A DNA stretch of 64,000 bases, from assembly GCF_006345805.1 (NCBI RefSeq), contig NC_043021.1, positions 5,704,001 through 5,768,000 on the forward strand, read 5' to 3'. Positions 1-13,705 of the stretch are shown here, in pieces; the first letter of the stretch is position 1; every line of letters begins with the position of its first letter. The position numbers were made by a program, and so were the translations under genes. The notes beneath the pieces were generated by a model. It was not told where the DNA came from. It saw only the letters and a program-made list of their open reading frames with translations, and ran no database searches. The DNA is from Octopus sinensis (lineage: Eukaryota).

Positions 1-166
1 AGAGACGAGGGGGAGAGAGACGAGGGGGAGAGAGACGAGGGGGAGAGAGAGAAGAGGAGGGAGAGGAGGAGAGAGAGAGAGAGAAAAGGACAGGGAGAAA
101 GCAAGAGAAGCAGAGACAGAAATAAAGAGAAGCAAAGCGAGCAAGAGAGACAGGCAGAGATGCAAA

Positions 167-202
<36 letters not shown>

Positions 203-642
203 TAGAGAGAAGAGTAGAGAGAAGAGTAGAGAGAAGGTAGTGCAGTCAATCGGTTGCTGGGTTACCAGTCAAACACCTGGAAATACAAATCCTGTAATCA
301 ACAGTTGTTGGATGCCAGACCAGTCCTGAAACTCAAGTGGACCTATGACTGGAGACATTCCATCCATGATCATCCTGGCAACTTTTAAGAGAAAATTTAG
401 GACTACATTATCCAATATGTCCTGTCATTTAAAATGGTAATGTCAGAGGTTCCCAACCTTTATCTTTTAGTTTTTACTGGTTACAGTCATTAGACTCTGG
501 CCATGCTGGTGCACTGCCTTGAACCATTTTAGTTAAGCAAATCTACTCCAGTACTTTTAGTTTTTTTAAAGCCTGGTACTTATTCTATTGGTCTCTTTTA
601 CCAAACCACTAAGTTATGGGGACATAAACACACCAATACCTA

Positions 643-875
643 TTATTTACTACCCACAAGGGGCTAAACACAGAGAGGACAAACAAAGACAGACAAACGG
701 ATTAAGTCGATTATATCGACCCCAGTGCGTAACTGGTACTTATTTAATCGACCCAGAAAGGTTGAAAGGCAAAGTCGACCTCGGCGGAATTTGAACCCAG
801 AAATGTAGCGGCAGACGAAATACTGCTAAGCATTTTGCCCGGCGTGCTAACGTTTCTGCCAGCTCGGCGCCCTTA
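643..875 (-). mobile_element. CORE-type tRNA SINE (octopus OR-like) nested in another SINE, with 17-bp TSD
   Basis: Core gcctttcatcctttcggggtcgat...agtaccag; ATAAACACACCAATACC at 624-640 and 876-892. Confidence 0.8.
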
Positions 876-2245
876 ATAAACACACCAATACCAGTTATCA
901 AGTGGAGGGAGAGGAAGACACAAAGACACACATGATGGGCTTCTTTCAGTTTCAGTCTACCAAATCCACTTACAAGGCTTTAGTAAGCCTGAGGCTACAG
1001 TAGAAGACACTTATCCAGTACATCTCTCCTTTTCAAGCTGAGTGTAATATGAGGCAGATTCGGTTGCTATTTCCAGCAGTTGAAATGCCAACATAGCAGC
1101 ACCGTCAGTGACTTGTTATTTTGCATAAATGATGACAAATTCAATATGGGAGCAAACAAACTATTTACATCAGACAACTGCAAGTAATAATCCATCTTCA
1201 AATCAACCTACAGAAGCCAAAAAGCCAATGGTTTATTAACAATGACCCCTTTTGTCCAAATGAACTTTCCCACAAACCTCAAGCTTTTCAATGGTTTCAT
1301 CACCATCATTTTAACATCCACCTTTCCATGATGATATGGGTCAAATAGAATTTGTTGAGGCAGATTTTTTACAGTTGGATGGGTGCCCTTCCAGTTGCTA
1401 ACCCTCACCCATTTCCAAGCAAGGTAATACTTCCCCATAACCAGACATGCTTTAAGAGACTAGAAAACAAGGGGCTCTATATGCATGATGATCACACCCA
1501 TAACTATCTCATGATGTCAAGACAAAGAGGCACAAACACACACACATACCACCATCTAACATCCATGTGCCATGCTGACATGGGTTGGATGGTTTGACAA
1601 GATTCAAGAAGTCCAAAAACTGCATAGTGCTCCAGTGTCTGCTTTGGCATAGTTTCCACAGCTGGACGCCAGTCCTAACTCCAACCAATTTACAGTGAGT
1701 ACTGGGTGCTTTTCTCATGGTACCAGCACTAGTAAAGGTTGCCATGCAGCTTGCCAGCCTGTGGAAATCAAGGTGAAGAGGGTGGAGACAGAGAAGGTTC
1801 TTGTTGTAAGGAAGCTATAAAGCTTTTTGCATTAAAGAGGGAGTTGTTAAGGTGTTCGGAAAGTAATTGCACTTTCTTCACCGCTATGAAATATGAACTA
1901 ACCAATCACATCAGAGCCAAGGTCGAATGGGTGGGAACCGTCTACAAATAATATATTATCTCTTCTATCCAGCTGTGTGTCATTCATAGTTATTTTGGTA
2001 ATTAACCCCAAGGACAGCAAGAACTTTATGAATCAACATATTTGCCGTTGCCTACTGTATGAGTTTTGAAAGAAAGAAAAGTACCACTAGAGAAGCAATG
2101 AAAAACATTTGTGGAGTGTATCCAGATGCAGTGAAAGCTCGTACATGTCCGCTGTGGTTTTGAAGATGGTGATTGCGACATATTCAACAAACCTCACTCT
2201 GGAAAACAACTCATTCTGAATGACGACCTTTTGAATGAGACTATA

Positions 2246-2480
2246 TTTATTTCTTTACTACCCACAAGGGGCTAAACGCAGAGGGGACAAACGAGGACAG
2301 ACAAACGGATTAAGTCGATTACATCGACCCCAGTGCGTAACTGGTACTTAATTTATCGACCCCGAAAGGATGAAAGGCAAAGTCGACCACGGCGGAATTT
2401 GAACCTAGAACATAACGGCAGATGAAATATGGCTACGCATTTCGCCCAGCACTCTCACGGTTCTGCCAGCTCGCCGCCTT
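2246..2480 (-). mobile_element. CORE-type tRNA SINE
   Basis: Full-length match to the other copies in the window. Confidence 0.8.
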
Positions 2481-3919
2481 ATGAATGGGACTATATTGTT
2501 TTGGATCCACATCAAAGCACCAGAGATTTGGCATAAAAATTTAATGTGTCGTGTTCAACTATCCACAAACATCTCAAGTAAATTGGGAAAACATGCAAAT
2601 AGGGAATTTGGGTTCCACAAGAGCTTATGCTTGAGAACCATACACAGTGTTCCACCATCTGCAGCAGTCGTCCAACCAGGAATAACACCTGTTATTTCTG
2701 CAGAGCATTGTTACAGGTGATGAAAAATGGGTTTTGCATCAGAACAGAAAATGAAAAAGACAATGGTTATCACATAATGAGAAGCCAGTGCCAACACCAA
2801 AACCAGAGCTCCATCCACAAAAATCCTTGGCCTTCCCTCAAGAAAAGACAGCTCAGAGTCAAGAACAGTAGGGAAAAGCCAATGGTCTATACTCAATAGG
2901 GAATGAAAGGCTTAAGTAAGTATGCGAAGACACCAATGATTTGGTTGATCTCGAGTCCTCCACAAGTTCAAAATGATTGAGAATTCTTGGGCCTTAACCT
3001 GTTAGAGATATACTAAATCTGAATAACAAAAGCAGGAATGATCGTACCTCAAACATCTTGTTGTCATAATTATACAGGATCAGGAATGGTTGAGTGAGTG
3101 AAAGATTCACTTCCTAACCAACGTAGTTCTGGGTTCAGTCCCACTGCATACTCCCTTGGGCAAGTGACTCTTACTATATACTATAGCACCAGGTTGACCA
3201 AAAACTTGTGAGTGGATTTGATAATAGAAGGAAACTGAAAAAAGCCCAGTGTGTGTGTGTGCATGTAGCTCTCTTTGTCTTGACATCATATGATGGTTCT
3301 AAATGAGCATAAACGTAAAAATGGGGTCAACAGCTTCCAATCTTCCATGAAAGCATTTCTAGCTTAGAAACAGGCAAGGGTTGGTGAAAGGGTGTCTGGC
3401 TACAGAAAATCCGCTTTAATGACTTTCACTTGACTCATGCCAACACAGAAAAGAGGACAATAAAATGATGATGATGAGGAAACCTCTCCATACCCATCCA
3501 GCTGTAGAAAATCTGCCTCAACAAATTCTATTTGACCCATATCATCATGGAAAGGTGGAATGTTAAAATGGTGATGAAACCATTGAAAAGCTTGAGGTTT
3601 GTGGGGAAAGTTCATTTGAACAAAAGGGGTCATTGTTAATAAACCATTATTCTTCAAAAATTTTCATGTAGGCACAGACATGTCAGGGAGGTAAGAAGTT
3701 TGCTTCCCAACCACATGGTTCTGGGTTCAGTCCCAGTGTGTGACACTTTGGGCAAGTGTCTTCTCCTAAAGCTTCAGACCAACCAAAGCCCTGTGAATGA
3801 ATTTAGTAGGTGGAAACTGAAAGAAGCCCATCATATATATATGTATGTGTGTTTATTCCACACCACCACTTGACAACCAGTGCTGGCTTGTTTACATCTG
3901 TGACTCAGTTTGGCTATCC

Positions 3920-4307
3920 TCATCATCATCATCATTTAACATCTGGTCTCCATACTGGCATGGGTTGGATGGTTTGACATGGAGCTGGCTAGCAGGGAGC
4001 TGTCCACATTCCAATTGTCTATTGTGGCACAGTTTCTATGGCTGGATGCCCTTCCTAATGCCAACCACTTAAAGTGTACTAGGTGATTTTTACATGTCGA
4101 CAGCACCAGCATGGGTGCTTTTTAAGTGGCATTGGCACCTGAAAGGTCAAGCCTGTATGTGTAGAAGACAATGATTCTACTTAGCTTGATGTGTTTTATC
4201 AAGTACAGCAAATCGCCACTTCTCCTGGTCCCTTGTCATTGCCTCATTGGGGCCCAGCATCCAAAGAACCTTTCTCACCACTTCACCCCATGTCTTTCTG
4301 GGTCTCA
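3920..4307 (-). mobile_element. RTE-clade LINE 3' end (end of ORF2 plus 3' UTR with (GAT)n tail)
   Basis: RPRKTWGEVV...WRFAVLDKT, then the ggcattaggaagggcatccagc UTR and a (GAT)n tail. UTR-only copies at ~6110, 7031, 16575, 18800, 19815 and 45410. Confidence 0.7.
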
Positions 4308-4331
4308 ATTCATTTAACTAAAACTTTTTAA

Positions 4332-4540
4332 CCCTTTCGTTACTGTATTTATTTTGAGATGCTCTGTGTTTCTTTCAATTACTTAAAATATAACAAAGAA
4401 TTTAATAAAATAACTTGGTTATCATTAGGAACATAAATTGTGACTACGGTTTGGTGGAAGATTTTAATTCAAAACTTATGAAAACAAAACATTTGTACTC
4501 AGAGCCAGAGCCGGTTTCAGCCGGGTTGGTAATGAAAGGG
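4332..4540. mobile_element. piggyBac-type MITE
   Basis: TTAA-CCCTTTCGTTAC...GTAATGAAAGGG-TTAA. Confidence 0.7.
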
Positions 4541-4600
4541 TTAAAGTGGTACCCTAGCATGGCTGCAGTCCAATGATTGAAACAAGTAACAGATACTTAC

Positions 4601-4769
4601 CATCAGAGTCTGTAAGAACTTCCATCCTGCCAGAGAACATGGCCCGTAGCATCGTATCATGTTTGGTGAGTGTCTCTATTGTGGTCAGGAAGAGTTTACC
4701 GCCGACATTTAGCTTCACATATTTCGAGCTGTTTGTCTTTTGTATCACAGTCTTGTGTTCTCCAGACAT
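4601..4769 (-). CDS. KCTD10: First coding exon of a KCTD10/TNFAIP1/KCTD13 (BACURD) BTB/POZ CUL3 adaptor; the rest of the gene lies left of the window or was not detected
   Basis: Translation [57 protein letters not shown] matches the BACURD signature [32 protein letters not shown]. It ends at a phase-1 donor GATG|GTAAGT at 4601/4600. Confidence 0.92.
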
Positions 4770-7700
4770 GGATACAGCAACACAAGCAGGCTGGCTGCAC
4801 GACTAGCTAGCTACTACACGTGTGTGTGTGTGTGTGTGTGAATTGGCAAGGAATGCTTCTCGAGGTATCGAGAAATTGGCCGGATATTTTGGGGAACAGG
4901 GGTGAATGTTGGTTAAAAAAGTGGGTAGTAAGGTAAAATAACAAAATCTAACACCACTAACACTGACTGAAACATCAGATTGGGAAATTCAAGGGAAAAA
5001 CTTTTGAATATAGTTTTTAAAAGAGCCAGAAAGACTTGAGAAATCATTAAATAATATAATACTATTATTTATAATACTATTTACTGGCACTTAATTAATC
5101 TCTGATAATCTCATGTAATCTAAATCACTATTTTCTTTAAATTACAAAAAAAAAAATTATTCAATAAAATAGATTTCTTAAATAATTAACAATAAATTAA
5201 ATCAAATTAAAGTTTGTTGACTTCAGTCCCACAGCCAGCAAGGGGTTTGAAAAATAGGCAGTGGTAATTGTTGTGATGGAAATGGGAAGTTGCTCTTGTT
5301 GGTGGTGGTGGTCATGTATTTTATCTGGTTGTGGCTTAAGTGGTAGTAAATAGGTTGGTAAGTTGGCAGTAGTGGCGGTGGACAGTTGACTGAGCTATTC
5401 AAGTAAATATCCACAGACAGATTGTGTTTATGTGCCTGTAAAGGAAGATGGATGTCTGTTTAATTGATTAGACGTTTCCAAAACTGTTCTTCGATAAAAA
5501 CCGTTCCAGTTCTGTTTACGGAGTTGTTGTTTTTTTTTGGTTCTTTCCCCCCCTTTTTGCAGTTTGTCCTGTATTTACATTAGATTACCAACACCCTGAA
5601 AAAAAACAAGAAAAGATATGTTAATTATAGATCTTACTGGGATAGAAAATTGATGTTTGGAAAAAGTGAGTGAGGACCAGTGATAGAAAGATAGAGACAG
5701 ACAAATTGGTTCAGGTGAGGAGAGGAGGGGAGAAATTACACATGTAAACAAATGTAACTCCACACACATACACAAACTGACATAGAAACTCAAATTGTCA
5801 CAGAGACACACAAAATGCCATACACAAACACACACACATATGTGGACAAAAACTGCCACAAAAATTGTGGGACCCTTAGGAGAGTCCACCACATTCACAT
5901 CGCATTATAAAAACCATTACAACAGCTGGAATTTGAAGAATAAACCATGAAGAGCACCAACTAAATACTGCAAGTATTTTGCCCAATGTTCCAAGCCAGT
6001 CAAATAGATAACAGTAAATTTGAGGGTCCAGACCTGTCATATGCTATTAAGGGACAATCATCTGAAGTGCACCCAGCCTCTTACATTGCAATGTAAAACA
6101 GAATTCATCATCATCATCATCATCGTTTAACGTCCGTTCTCCATGCTAGCATGGGTTGGACGGTTCGACCGGGGATCTGGGAAGCCAGAAGGCTGCACCA
6201 GGCTCCGGTCTTATCTGGCAATGTTTCTACAGCTGGATGCCCTTCCTAACGCCAACCACTCCGTGAGTGTAGTGGGCGCTTTTTACGTGCCACCTGCACT
6301 GGTGCCAGGCGAGGCTGGCATCGGCCACGGTCGGATTGGTGCATTTTATGGAAGCCAGTCGAGGTGGCACTGGCTTCGGCTACGATTCGGATGGTGCTTT
6401 TTACGTGCCACCGACACGGAAGCCAGTCAAGGCGGCGCTGGCATCGGCCACAATTCGGATGGTGCATTTTATGGAAGCCAGTCGAGGTGGCGCTGGCATC
6501 GGCGAAAATTGTACATGCTGACACTGTTACACACTGCAACCTAAGTTTGCTTGAGAATTACATTAAGGTATGATTGCCTACTGAATACCTGTTCAATTAC
6601 ATTATAATTGTTTCTAATTCAGGAACAAGAATAACAATTTTGGAGGGGGGGGAGTCAATTACATTTGACTTGTACCTTATTTTATCCAGTACAAAAGCAT
6701 GAAAAGCAAAACTGACCGCAGCAGGATTTGAACCCAGAATGTATAAAAGTGTTGAATGCAAATACCACACAGCATTACTAACTACCCACAACCCCCTTCC
6801 CCGTCAACGCCCTAACGATTCTGCCATGGTTGTGTTGTAAGAAGCTTGCTTCCCAGCCACACAGCACTGGGTTCAATCTCGTGCAGCGGGACTGAAAGCG
6901 TCTTTTACTATAGCCTTGGGCTGACCAAAACCTTATGAGTGGATTTCGTAGAGAGAAACTGAAAGAAGCCCATTGTGTGTGTATACATGTAGATAAATAA
7001 ATAAATATATATATATATATATATATATACGGAGTGGTTGGCGTTAGGAAGGGCATCCAGCTGTAGAAACATTGCCAGATAAGACCGGAGCCTGGTGCAG
7101 CCTTCTGGCTTCCCAGATCCCCGGTCGAACCGTCCAACCCATGCTAGCATGGAGAACGGACGTTAAACGATGATGATATATGAATATGTATGTCTTTGCG
7201 TCTGTCCTGCCACCACTGCTTGACAACCGGTGTTGGTGTGCTTACGTCCCCGTAACTTAAAGGTTCGGCAAAAGATACCGATGAATAAGTACTAGGCTTA
7301 AAAAAAGAAGTCCTGAAGTTGATTTGTTCGACTAAAAAACCCCCTTCAATGCGATATCCCAGCATGGCCGCAGTTAATGAAACAAAAGATAAAAGAATTT
7401 TGGCGCAAAACTGACAAATATGGGGAGTGGAGTAGAAGATTACCTCGACCTCAGCATTTGACTGGAGACTTTATTTTATCCACCCAGAAAAGATTTTTAA
7501 AAAAAAACGAAGTTGAATTCAGCGGGATTTGAACTCAAAATGTAAAAGTGATGGATACATAATACCGCAAGACACACATTTTTTTCCCCCCCGACGCTCT
7601 AACGATTCTGCCAAGAGGCGTGTACTTCAAATTAGGAGCCCCCCACTTTTGTTCCTCACAGGCTGTCTGGAGATTACATTTAGAGCTACGATTATTTATT

Positions 7701-7783
7701 TGTGCGACACACATCCAATGTATATGCACTTATAACAAAAGGAATACGAGAAGTTTTTAATTTTGCTTCGTGTATTTTTTTTT

Positions 7784-8185
7784 GGCGATCTTTCGTCTCT
7801 AGTAGACCTTTCCGTCGATTTCCGTAAAAAATTTTTTTTTTTTTTTTACATATGGGCTTGCGGGAACTTTTGAAGTATTATACATACATATACACATACA
7901 CCGAGTAAAAAATTTCAGTTATCTCTTTCTTTCACACACACTAACAGAAGCACTTCACTTACACAACATACTGTCTGTCTCCCACACCCCATCAAACACA
8001 CACACACATGTACATCAATGCTTCCCATGCACGGTAACTTCAAAAGAACTTCCCTCGTCATACAATCGCTTTCTCTTAGTCTCTTTCGCTCTCATTACGT
8101 CAAAAGTTCCCGCAAGCCCATATGTAAAAAAAAAATTTTTTTTACGGAAATCGACGGAAAGGTCTACTACAAACGAAAGATTGCC
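7784..8185. mobile_element. MITE with long TIRs (GGC...GCC termini, T8 flanks), Merlin-like
   Basis: ~85-bp inverted arms; internal core shared with 20967-21393. Confidence 0.75.
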
Positions 8186-9035
8186 TTTTTTTTCTTTTTT
8201 CGATCGCACAACTGGAATGTTCAGAACGGAATAACAGAATCAGACGCTAGATCCATTTACAACAAGAATTAAAGAATTCCAATTCCACACTTCCCATGTC
8301 ACCACTTCCGCTTGCTAATTTCTTCCAACATCAAACGAGATTAAACAAAAACCTATTATTAAAAAAGCATTCCCAAAAATCATGTCTTCTAAGTTTAAGA
8401 GTTTCTTGGTGTATATTCCATTATCCAATACGAACCCCCCTTGTTGTTGTAGTTATTGTCTTACCCCCTCACTCAACAACCACAAATCGAGCAGGACTAT
8501 GATCAAAGTCGTTCCAGCCACGACTATCTCATCTTTCTATATATCTTGGACTACACTGTATAGTGTTCCTGTCCTTCCTTGTTTAATACGGAAAGGCTTG
8601 ATTTTAAGGAGATTTGGCTGCTATTTTCTGACTCGTTATTTTCCGTTATTATTCTGGACAGGAGATTAAAGCACCGACCTTAAAACAACGAAGGGGTTGT
8701 TAGTAAAATCTTTGAAAGAGAGAGAGAGAGACAGATATGTTTTCTTCTATGTAAAAAGTACTCCATTTATTTTCGTACTCACACAAACAACCTTTGGCCC
8801 ACCACAACAATCATCATCATTATTATTATTATTATTATATTATTATTATTATTATCGTCGCTGATATAAAGTGAAGAAGCGGAAATAAAGAAACATTACT
8901 CATACGAGACAAAAGTTGTGACAATTGAAAGGAGTGTGTAATAACAAAATACCGATATGTGTGTGTGTGGGTGTGTACGTATGCATGTATGTATGCAAGT
9001 GTAAGTAAGGGGTATAGTACATGATTGGGTATGTA

Positions 9036-9076
<41 letters not shown>

Positions 9077-9582
9077 GTATTCGATAGCGTTCAAGGATGA
9101 TTCATACATTTCGACTGTATGCGTGAGTGTGAATAGACAGACGTGTCGAATATGTACTCCACCCCTTATATGTATGTATGTGTGTGTGTGTGTCTGTAAA
9201 TGTATAGGTTTGACTGTAAAGACATCTACTACACACATACACAGAATTAATGATTATTAAGTACACAAGATTTAGAAGAGAAACAAAACAACAACAAACA
9301 AGAAAACTAATAACGGTCTACCATTAAACATAGGGTGTATAGTCAAACAAACATACATACATACAGTGGGCAGTTTGATATTGTACAACTGTATGTGTAG
9401 GGGGTGTCAACAGAATACACATATCTATATACAGCTAAATGTAATTAAAGTTCTATATGTATATCTCAATATATATATATATACACATATATAAAATTAA
9501 GGGTAGGAATTGATATTTATCAATTAAAACCAGTGGTCTAGCATATTAAAAAAGAATCCGAAGATTAAAATATTTATATATA

Positions 9583-9759
9583 CCAATTAAGGACTGAACA
9601 CGAAAAGTGGACAGTCAACATGCTAGATATAGACGTCAAATCGCCGTTCTCCACAAAAGATTATGTCCATCTGAGAACATAATCTTTTGTGGAGAATGGC
9701 GATTTGACGTCTATATCTAGCATGTTGACTGTCCACTTTCGTGTTCAGTCCTTAATTGG
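9583..9759. repeat. Near-perfect palindrome (84-bp arms, 10-nt loop) in a TA context
   Basis: CCAATTAAGG...ATTATGT-ccatctgaga-ACATAAT...CCTTAATTGG; one indel and one mismatch. Confidence 0.9.
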
Positions 9760-10021
9760 TATATATATACATATATATATATATGGAGTCGAACTAGGGA
9801 CAGCTGATAAAGGGGAATTTTCCTTTTGTTGTGTTTGTCTTATACTCTGTTCTTTCGTTGTTAAAAAAAAGGTCCGTTTCCATGTTTGTTTTTACCGTTT
9901 TCGTTTCTCGTTGAGTTCTACGTCTATTCGTGGTGTCCTGTACTCACGTATATATATATTTATATACGCATGTATATATGTAGGTACGTACATATATGTA
10001 TGTATGCATATATTTTATTTA

Positions 10022-10080
<59 letters not shown>

Positions 10081-10204
10081 TAGAAGAAATGAGGTACTCA
10101 GAAAATCGGATGGTTTATATTTACAGATATTTATTTGTATATTACATGTTTTTATACATCATATAACTTAGATCATGTATTAGCGCTTTCTCCCATTCTA
10201 GTGG

Positions 10205-10250
<46 letters not shown>

Positions 10251-10554
10251 CACACACACAATTACAAGTGATTAGACCACCACATATTTATATATTCGTG
10301 TGTATACACTCACATACAAACTAAGGATGTACGAAGTACGAATTTTACATACAGGAAACGGTTGTTTATAAGAGAATGTTAAAAACTCGAGTGGAAACGA
10401 AATGTAAACTAAATCATGGTCTGCTTTTATATCCGTCATTAAATCTATTCGCTAATGCCGCCAATGTGTTTGTAAAACATCAGAAGTTCTTCCTTCTTTA
10501 TTTGTTATCAGGGACAAGACATACTTTTACCAAACAATACAACAGTAACGGTTA

Positions 10555-10953
10555 TATACATGCGTATACATACATACATATATATACATACATATACATA
10601 CATATACATACATACATATACATACATATATATACATACATATACATATATATACATATACACATTACATATATACAAATATATACATACATACATATAC
10701 ACATACATATATATACACATATATACATACATACATATACATATATATACATATACACATACATATATACACATACATATATACATATACACATATATAC
10801 ATACATACATATACATATATATACATACATATACATATATATACATACATACATATACATATATATACATACATACATATACATATATATACATACATAC
10901 ATACATATACATACATACATACATATACATATATATACATACATACATATACA

Positions 10954-10985
<32 letters not shown>

Positions 10986-11250
10986 CATATATACATACAT
11001 ATATATACATACATACATATATACATATACATACATATATACATATACACATATACATACATACATATACACATACATATATACATACATATACACATAC
11101 ATATACACATACATATATACATACATATACACATACATATATACATACATACATACATATATACATACATATATATATACATACATATATATATACATAC
11201 ATACATACACACATACATATATACATACATATATACATATACATATACAC
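10555..11250. repeat. Complex (TACA/TATACA)n microsatellite
   Basis: Direct inspection. Confidence 0.95.
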
Positions 11251-11639
11251 AGGCATGTACATGTTTGTATATACATGTACATATACTCTTTAACTTGTTT
11301 CAGTCATTTGACTGTGGCCATGCTGGAGCACCGCCCTTTATACATATATACATACATATATATATACACACAGCGTGTGTATATTATGAGTGATTGTAAC
11401 AAAACAAATGTTTAACAATTAAAAACATAAATAATAAAGATAAGAACTCTTACTTTGGTTTGTTATTATTTTTCTTCTTTTTTGTAAAAGGGGGAAGGTG
11501 AAAGAGACTGAGGAAATGGAAATGTCCTGATAGTATAATATATATATGTGTATATATATTATACACTGGTAATAAAAGAAATCAAATTCGGCACCAAATT
11601 AGTGTGGAAGCAGGAAGAAGTTAAGAGAGGACTTTAGAG

Positions 11640-11742
11640 ATGCTTTCAAAGAGAGAGGAGCGCCATTAGCCGATGACGTCACAAGTGACGTTTTGGTAAA
11701 AACAACGGTGACGTCAGTACTCTTGGAGTAGGAGAGAGGAGA

Positions 11743-11777
<35 letters not shown>

Positions 11778-11880
11778 AAGAAGAAGAAAAGAACAGAAAC
11801 AAGCAAAAGGAAGCAACCCGGTTTCGTACCGGAAATTTAGGTCGATTCCGACAGACGACCGGATGGAAAAGCGAGGCTGC
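11640..11880. promoter_or_regulatory. CpG-rich promoter-like island, probably driving KCTD10 on the minus strand
   Basis: Two perfect TGACGTCA sites (11674, 11709), a TGACG half-site (11686), CCGGAA and (GAC)n; candidate minus-strand donor AAA|GTAAGAGT at 11454/11453. Confidence 0.5.
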
Positions 11881-11904
11881 TTTTTTTTTTCTGGGGGGGG
11901 GGGG

Positions 11905-12119
11905 GAGTTTTTGGATCTTTTCTGTTTGATAGACAGAATTTTCTAGTTAACTAAAAAATTTGAAACTTCGTTAAACTACGTTTAAGTTACTAATTACAAT
12001 TTTGTTTTCAATTTTGTTTACAATGTTTTCTTTTGACACATTCTACCAGTATACGAAGTTTCAAATTGTTTAGTTAACTAGAAAATTCCGTCTATCAAAC
12101 AGAAAAGATCCATACACTC
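11905..12119. mobile_element. Inverted-repeat element (GGATCTTTTC family), short copy
   Basis: ~60-bp near-perfect inverted arms. Confidence 0.65.
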
Positions 12120-12553
12120 AGTTACATACGAACTGTATTGTATTATTTTCTTAAGAAAAATAATAATCGTAACTACAGTTTAGTGCCCCATTCCTCACAG
12201 ATGTTTTTTACAATGAAATTTTGCACAGATACGTTTTCGAAGGTGTAGATTATTTTCTGAAGGAGTTTCAGATCATATTCTATCTATATATCGGCGTTAT
12301 GTTAGCTAGAGTGTGTGCCACTGGGACAGCCTTTGACTTACGGCGGCTGGAACTTTTCTGTTTGGTTGCCAGCGGAAATGGGGATGGAATCTATGGAGGA
12401 GAAAGACTTGGGAATACATCAATCAAAGTAGTGAAGACCAGCCTCAGGTTGTTGAGCCTCAGAGGGGAGAACATAGCGAAGCAAAATAAGTGACAATTTG
12501 CTGTGCTCGAGCAGACGTATCCATCTCAGCTGAAAGAAAACGATATCCTAAAA

Positions 12554-13033
12554 GCATATCAGGATCTTTTCCTTTTGAACGACACTTGGTAACATAATTT
12601 CTAGGTAACTAAAAAGTTTTAAACTTCGTATACTGGTAGAATGTGTTTATAAAACATCATTTTCTCTTGGCTTTATTGAGAAAATTCTATAGGTTGTAAG
12701 ATATTTCGTCTGAAATTGCTTGCATTTCGGCAATTTTAACCAATCGATTACCTCCATTGACGTAAATAACATTCTGTGCATAATGAATATGTCCCTCCTT
12801 TAAGAAACAGATTGGGTTTATTTACATTTGCGAAGTAAAAAAGATACCCTTCCCCAACGAAATGCAAAGTAATTTCAGACGAAATATCTTACAAACTATA
12901 GAATTTTCTCAATAAAGCCAAGAGAAAATGATGTTTTATAAACACATTCTACCAGTATACGAAGTTTAAAACTTTTTAGTTACCTAGAATTATGTTACAA
13001 AGTGCCGTTCAAAAGGAAAAGATCCCAAATGCA
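12554..13033. mobile_element. Inverted-repeat element (GGATCTTTTC family), long copy
   Basis: ~170-bp near-perfect inverted arms around a ~115-bp centre. Confidence 0.7.
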
Positions 13034-13705
13034 TCTTCAAAACACCTGTCCTTCCTTCACCCTTCTATGATACTATTTTCTCAGCTCTTGTATTTATTTG
13101 TGAACAGAACTGCGTATATTTCATCCTTTTGTACTACCAGTTATCCCTCATCTTAGAACTACTTCCTTGTCACGCATCCTGTATTCTCAACATTATCCCT
13201 TAACACATTATTTTCTACGGAACACTTCTATACCCAGAACACACTCTTATACCCACCAGCTATGCTTTCCCTCCACTTTTGTTCGTCTTGAACAATATCC
13301 ACCCCTATATACGTCTGCCTTCTGTTTCTGTCACTCTTTACTCTTTTACTTGTTTCAGTCATTTAACTGTGGCCATGCTGGAGCACTGCCTTTAGTCGAG
13401 CAAATCGACCCCAGGACTTATTCTATCAGTCTCTTTTGCCGAACCACTAAGTTACGGGGATGTAAACACCATCGGTTGTCAAGCAATGTTGGGGGACAAA
13501 CACAGACAAACAAACATATATACATGCAGATACATATATATATATATATATATACAGATACAACCAGGGTTTTGGTCAGTTAGCAACTGAACTTCACAAC
13601 CTCATATGTTCTTAAAGTTTAAATCTACATCTTTATCTGTATATTTACCTTCTCTAAAATGTTACTTGATTTGAAAGCTTTTATATTATTGGAAAACCTA
13701 TATAA

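Noticed and set aside
588-3700. Downstream KCTD10 exons (expected WILIDR...)
   Set aside because: I found no matching minus-strand translation in 1-4600; the next exon is probably outside the window.
10376-11393. Long ORFs of 205-305 aa (YIHT/MYVC repeats)
   Set aside because: They are open only because the TACA/TATA microsatellite lacks stop codons. The same applies to ORFs at 22.1-22.7, 23.9-24.5, 55.0-55.5 and 57.6-58.1 kb.
11599-11802. 67-aa poly-Ser ORF
   Set aside because: It arises from a (GAC)n/(GAA)n tract in a promoter-like island, with no domain or splice support.
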